A stretch of 40,255 nt of DNA, taken from IMG/VR virus record IMGVR_UViG_3300049924_000058, positions 1 through 40,255 of that record; one strand, given 5' to 3'. Below, piece after piece: positions 38,114 through 40,255 of the stretch. The notes under the pieces were generated by a model. It saw nothing but the letters and a program-made list of their open reading frames with translations, had not been told where the DNA came from and searched no databases. The stretch comes from a virus. Taxonomy: Duplodnaviria > Caudoviricetes. The stretch's first letter is position 1. Each line of letters opens with the position of its first letter. The position numbers were made by a program, and so were the translations under genes.

Positions 38114-38125
38114 AGGAATATCCTC

Positions 38126-38314
38126 TTAAAATGATTGTTGGTCGTTGGGTGTTTCTAATCCTCGCAGAATGTTAACATTAACATCTCTACGTACTAATTC
38201 TTCGCCTAAATACCACTCAGTAGCGGTAACTCGCGCGTTATCTTCTTCAGATATTACGTCTTTGGCGGTAAGCGCCTCTCTTTCGATAAGGCCTTTAGTG
38301 GTAATTACTAGCAT
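38126..38314 (-). CDS. Small conserved phage protein
   Basis: GGGAG SD; TTKG...EWYLGEELVRRDVNV. Confidence 0.7.
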   Translation of the reverse strand: MLVITTKGLIEREALTAKDVISEEDNARVTATEWYLGEELVRRDVNVNILRGLETPNDQQSF

Positions 38315-38387
38315 ATTGGGGTCTCCCTAGACTGTGGTTTGTATAAATTACGGGGTAATACGTTGTAAACCTAAACTTGCAATCATA

Positions 38388-38591
38388 TTACTTGCCATCG
38401 CCTTCGATCATTACGTCTACAACTTTAGCCACTTTCGCTGGCTTAGCCTCTACCTGCGCCTTTCCTGGCTTGCCCTCGATAGGGCCCGCCTCGTATGACT
38501 TAAGGACGTCCGCTACGAAGGCTGCGACGTACTTCTCGATTGCTTTGACTTGTTGGGCGTTAAACGACCCGTTTAGAAAATTAGGTGACAT
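38388..38591 (-). CDS. Hypothetical protein
   Basis: AAGGA SD; overlaps the upstream gene. Confidence 0.6.
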   Translation of the reverse strand: MSPNFLNGSFNAQQVKAIEKYVAAFVADVLKSYEAGPIEGKPGKAQVEAKPAKVAKVVDVMIEGDGK

Positions 38592-38886
38592 TAGTCGGTT
38601 CCTTAAATTTGGAGGTTAGAATTACTTGGGTGATCGCTTCGCTAAGACCGTCTACGAAAGCTTCGTTCTCGGACAGGTCTTGCCTACCCATTGTTTCCAG
38701 TATTGCGTGTACCGCTTCGTGGACAAACACCTGAAAGGCGAAGAACTCGGACCAGTCTTTCTTAGGCCTGGCGAGCTGGATCTCCTTCTTGTAGGTAAAC
38801 CACTCCCCGTAGCAATCCCTCAACCGGAGGTTATTGCGTACGGTTATCTTGTGAGCCCCGAGCTGGAACTCGTAGGGTATCTTCAT
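38581..38886 (-). CDS. Small zincin-like (HExxH) metallopeptidase-fold protein
   Basis: YGEW....EIQL hairpin, then FVHEAVHAIL...ENEAFVD. Confidence 0.75.
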   Translation of the reverse strand: MKIPYEFQLGAHKITVRNNLRLRDCYGEWFTYKKEIQLARPKKDWSEFFAFQVFVHEAVHAILETMGRQDLSENEAFVDGLSEAITQVILTSKFKEPTNVT

Positions 38887-39083
38887 CCCTTAATGCTCCC
38901 GGATGTATACGTAGCTGAGTCTGGGTGTACTCTGAACATATTAGAGTCGTCTGCTTTGTACGGAGAGCCTACTTTAAAGGGAGCCTGAAGCCCGCTCTTG
39001 TGTAGATTACAGCCACACTTCGTGACTGTAGGACCGTTCACATCCCCACATCTAGGACATATCCATCCCATATAACTACTCAT
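38883..39083 (-). CDS. Small zinc-finger protein
   Basis: GWICPRCG.VNGP....CGC; ATGA overlaps on both sides. Confidence 0.7.
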   Translation of the reverse strand: MSSYMGWICPRCGDVNGPTVTKCGCNLHKSGLQAPFKVGSPYKADDSNMFRVHPDSATYTSGSIKG

Positions 39084-39262
39084 TTCTTTTTACGCTCCAG
39101 CTCCTGAACTCGATCTTCGAGCAGGTTAAGCCTACGTTCGTGGTTAGCTACCCTACCCCACAGTTGAGGAGCAGTATTTACCAGCTGTTTCAGTTTGTAG
39201 GAGAAGCTATCTCCTCGCTTCGACGCTAAGAGCAGTCGAAGACTGCGTAGAAACTCTTTCAT
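39080..39262 (-). CDS. Small basic coiled-coil protein
   Basis: ATGA overlaps; HERRLNLLEDRVQELE. Confidence 0.65.
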   Translation of the reverse strand: MKEFLRSLRLLLASKRGDSFSYKLKQLVNTAPQLWGRVANHERRLNLLEDRVQELERKKK

Positions 39263-39732
39263 ACGATCTCGATATTGTCCAGAAACCAGTCCTTGCGAGA
39301 CTTGTCCTTCCGGGTTATAAAATTAAGCCCCACTTTATGGCAGGGAGCTATGTGTTCTTCGAACTCTTCCAGGGATAGGATGTTACGTATTCCGTACTTC
39401 CGTTTAAGGTAGTACCAGTAGGATCTTTCCAGGGAATCGTAGTAAGCTACCCTTTCCTTGAATCCGTACTCGCCCTGCCTACACTTCTGAGTCCTCTTTC
39501 TTGTGTCCTGGCGGATCTTCTGTTTCCGCTTGATTCTAGCACTTTGCTTCTTACGCTGAAGCTGCTTCCGGAAGATATCCTCCCTCCGCTTTAGTTCCGC
39601 CTTGCGGCGTACCGAGGAGTGAGGTAGAGGTCTACCCAGACCGAATACATCCGTAATTCTGCTGTTACCAGAATTCAACGAATTAATCAGGAGATTAATA
39701 TCGTCTGTACCAGGCTGTTTATTAGTATTCAT
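39259..39732 (-). CDS. Arg/Lys-rich protein with degenerate HNH-like C-terminus
   Basis: ~45-aa R/K/Q helix, then KRKYGI..LSLEEF...ITRKDKSRKDWFLDNIEI, reminiscent of the phage HNH 'DRID..gY..dN' end without clear catalytic residues. No SD; ATGA-coupled to the next gene. Confidence 0.55.
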   Translation of the reverse strand: MNTNKQPGTDDINLLINSLNSGNSRITDVFGLGRPLPHSSVRRKAELKRREDIFRKQLQRKKQSARIKRKQKIRQDTRKRTQKCRQGEYGFKERVAYYDSLERSYWYYLKRKYGIRNILSLEEFEEHIAPCHKVGLNFITRKDKSRKDWFLDNIEIV

Positions 39733-39736
39733 AATC

Positions 39737-40083
39737 TGTCTATATGAGCGGTTCTATAGAACCGCGAATCAAGCCAACCTTTAGGTTGGAGTAATAATAC
39801 CAGCTTAGGAGAAGCCGTAAGAGCTTCGACTAAAAGCTGGTCTCTATGAGAAACTTTAGTTTCGAATAGTACAGTAGTATTTACTGAAGAAGTACAATTT
39901 CTTGTACTTCGAAGCGACTCGACTCTTAGGAGAGTCGTACTACTGTCTAGAAGTAACTTAGAGAACGGAGTGAACTTAGTTACTTACCGCAAGGTCTCTC
40001 GCATCCGCCGCACCGGATGCCTAGACAGTTTGTAAAACTGTATAGTAGTTAAGGACCCCGCGAAAGCCAAAAAGATATAGACA
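39737..40083. ncRNA. Candidate large structured RNA (or structured ssDNA element), about 347 nt
   Basis: About ten stems packed nearly end to end and enclosed by a 9-bp terminal stem, TGTCTATAT (39737-45) / ATATAGACA (40075-83). No ORF of 60 aa or more in the track. Confidence 0.55.
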
Positions 40084-40111
40084 AAATGAAAATAAATTGA
40101 AAATAGGTCAA
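40083..40111 (-). promoter_or_regulatory. Possible sigma70-type promoter for the late arm
   Basis: TTGACC-17 nt-CATTTT on the minus strand in an AT-rich tract; the -10 is weak. Confidence 0.3.
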
Positions 40112-40140
40112 AATATTCACATTCTATTCAGTTAACTATA

Positions 40141-40206
40141 CTATACCCTCCCTGCTCGACGAGCGAGCCAGACTCGCAAGGAGATGTCCTTGCTCCTATA
40201 CCCTCC
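40141..40206. repeat. 11-bp direct repeat CTATACCCTCC x2 flanking short hairpins
   Basis: Copies at 40141-40151 and 40196-40206; GCAAGGA-GATG-TCCTTGC hairpin (40176-40193) between them. Confidence 0.7.
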
Positions 40207-40255
40207 AGATAGCATGTTTTGCCTTTATGAACAGAACCTGAACAGAGTTATAAAC

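Noticed and set aside
40070-40083. AAGATATAGAC resembles the group I intron S element (AAGAUAUAGUC)
   Set aside because: No matching R element, no interrupted gene and no clear P3/P7 core; better explained as the 3' arm of the outer stem.
1-40255. tRNA genes, CRISPR array, integrase, IS elements, stop-codon recoding
   Set aside because: No cloverleaf with T-loop consensus, no repeat-spacer array, no recombinase or transposase motifs; genes tile densely under the standard code and use all three stops.

Overview
This window is part of a lytic, short-tailed (podovirus-type) dsDNA phage genome with two convergently transcribed arms that meet at a bidirectional intrinsic terminator (about 4809-4833). 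The + arm (1-4822) is the end of a replication/nucleotide-metabolism module: class II ribonucleotide reductase C-terminus, T7 gp6-like 5'-3' exonuclease, T7 endonuclease I-like resolvase, RNase H-fold exonuclease with Zn ribbon, ThyX and small ORFs. The - arm (39732 down to 4865) is one long late operon: small ORFs, a fibre/appendage cluster, a lysis cassette (M15 endolysin, three membrane proteins, overlapping spanins, so the host is Gram-negative), TerS/TerL, portal, scaffold, N4-gp56-family major capsid, adaptor, nozzle, ejection proteins, a 3156-aa protein and two small tail-tip genes. The layout resembles Zobellviridae (SIO1/cobavirus/VpV262-like) phages; this is an inference from gene order, not a database result. 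Two things stand out. First, a ~350-nt non-coding region (39737-40083) folds into a multi-branched structure closed by a 9-bp terminal stem and abuts an Arg/Lys-rich, degenerate HNH-like ORF. Second, the giant putative ejection protein carries an internal HExxH zincin motif and a C-terminal staphylococcal-nuclease domain with the catalytic residues retained. No tRNA, CRISPR array, integrase or IS element was recognised.
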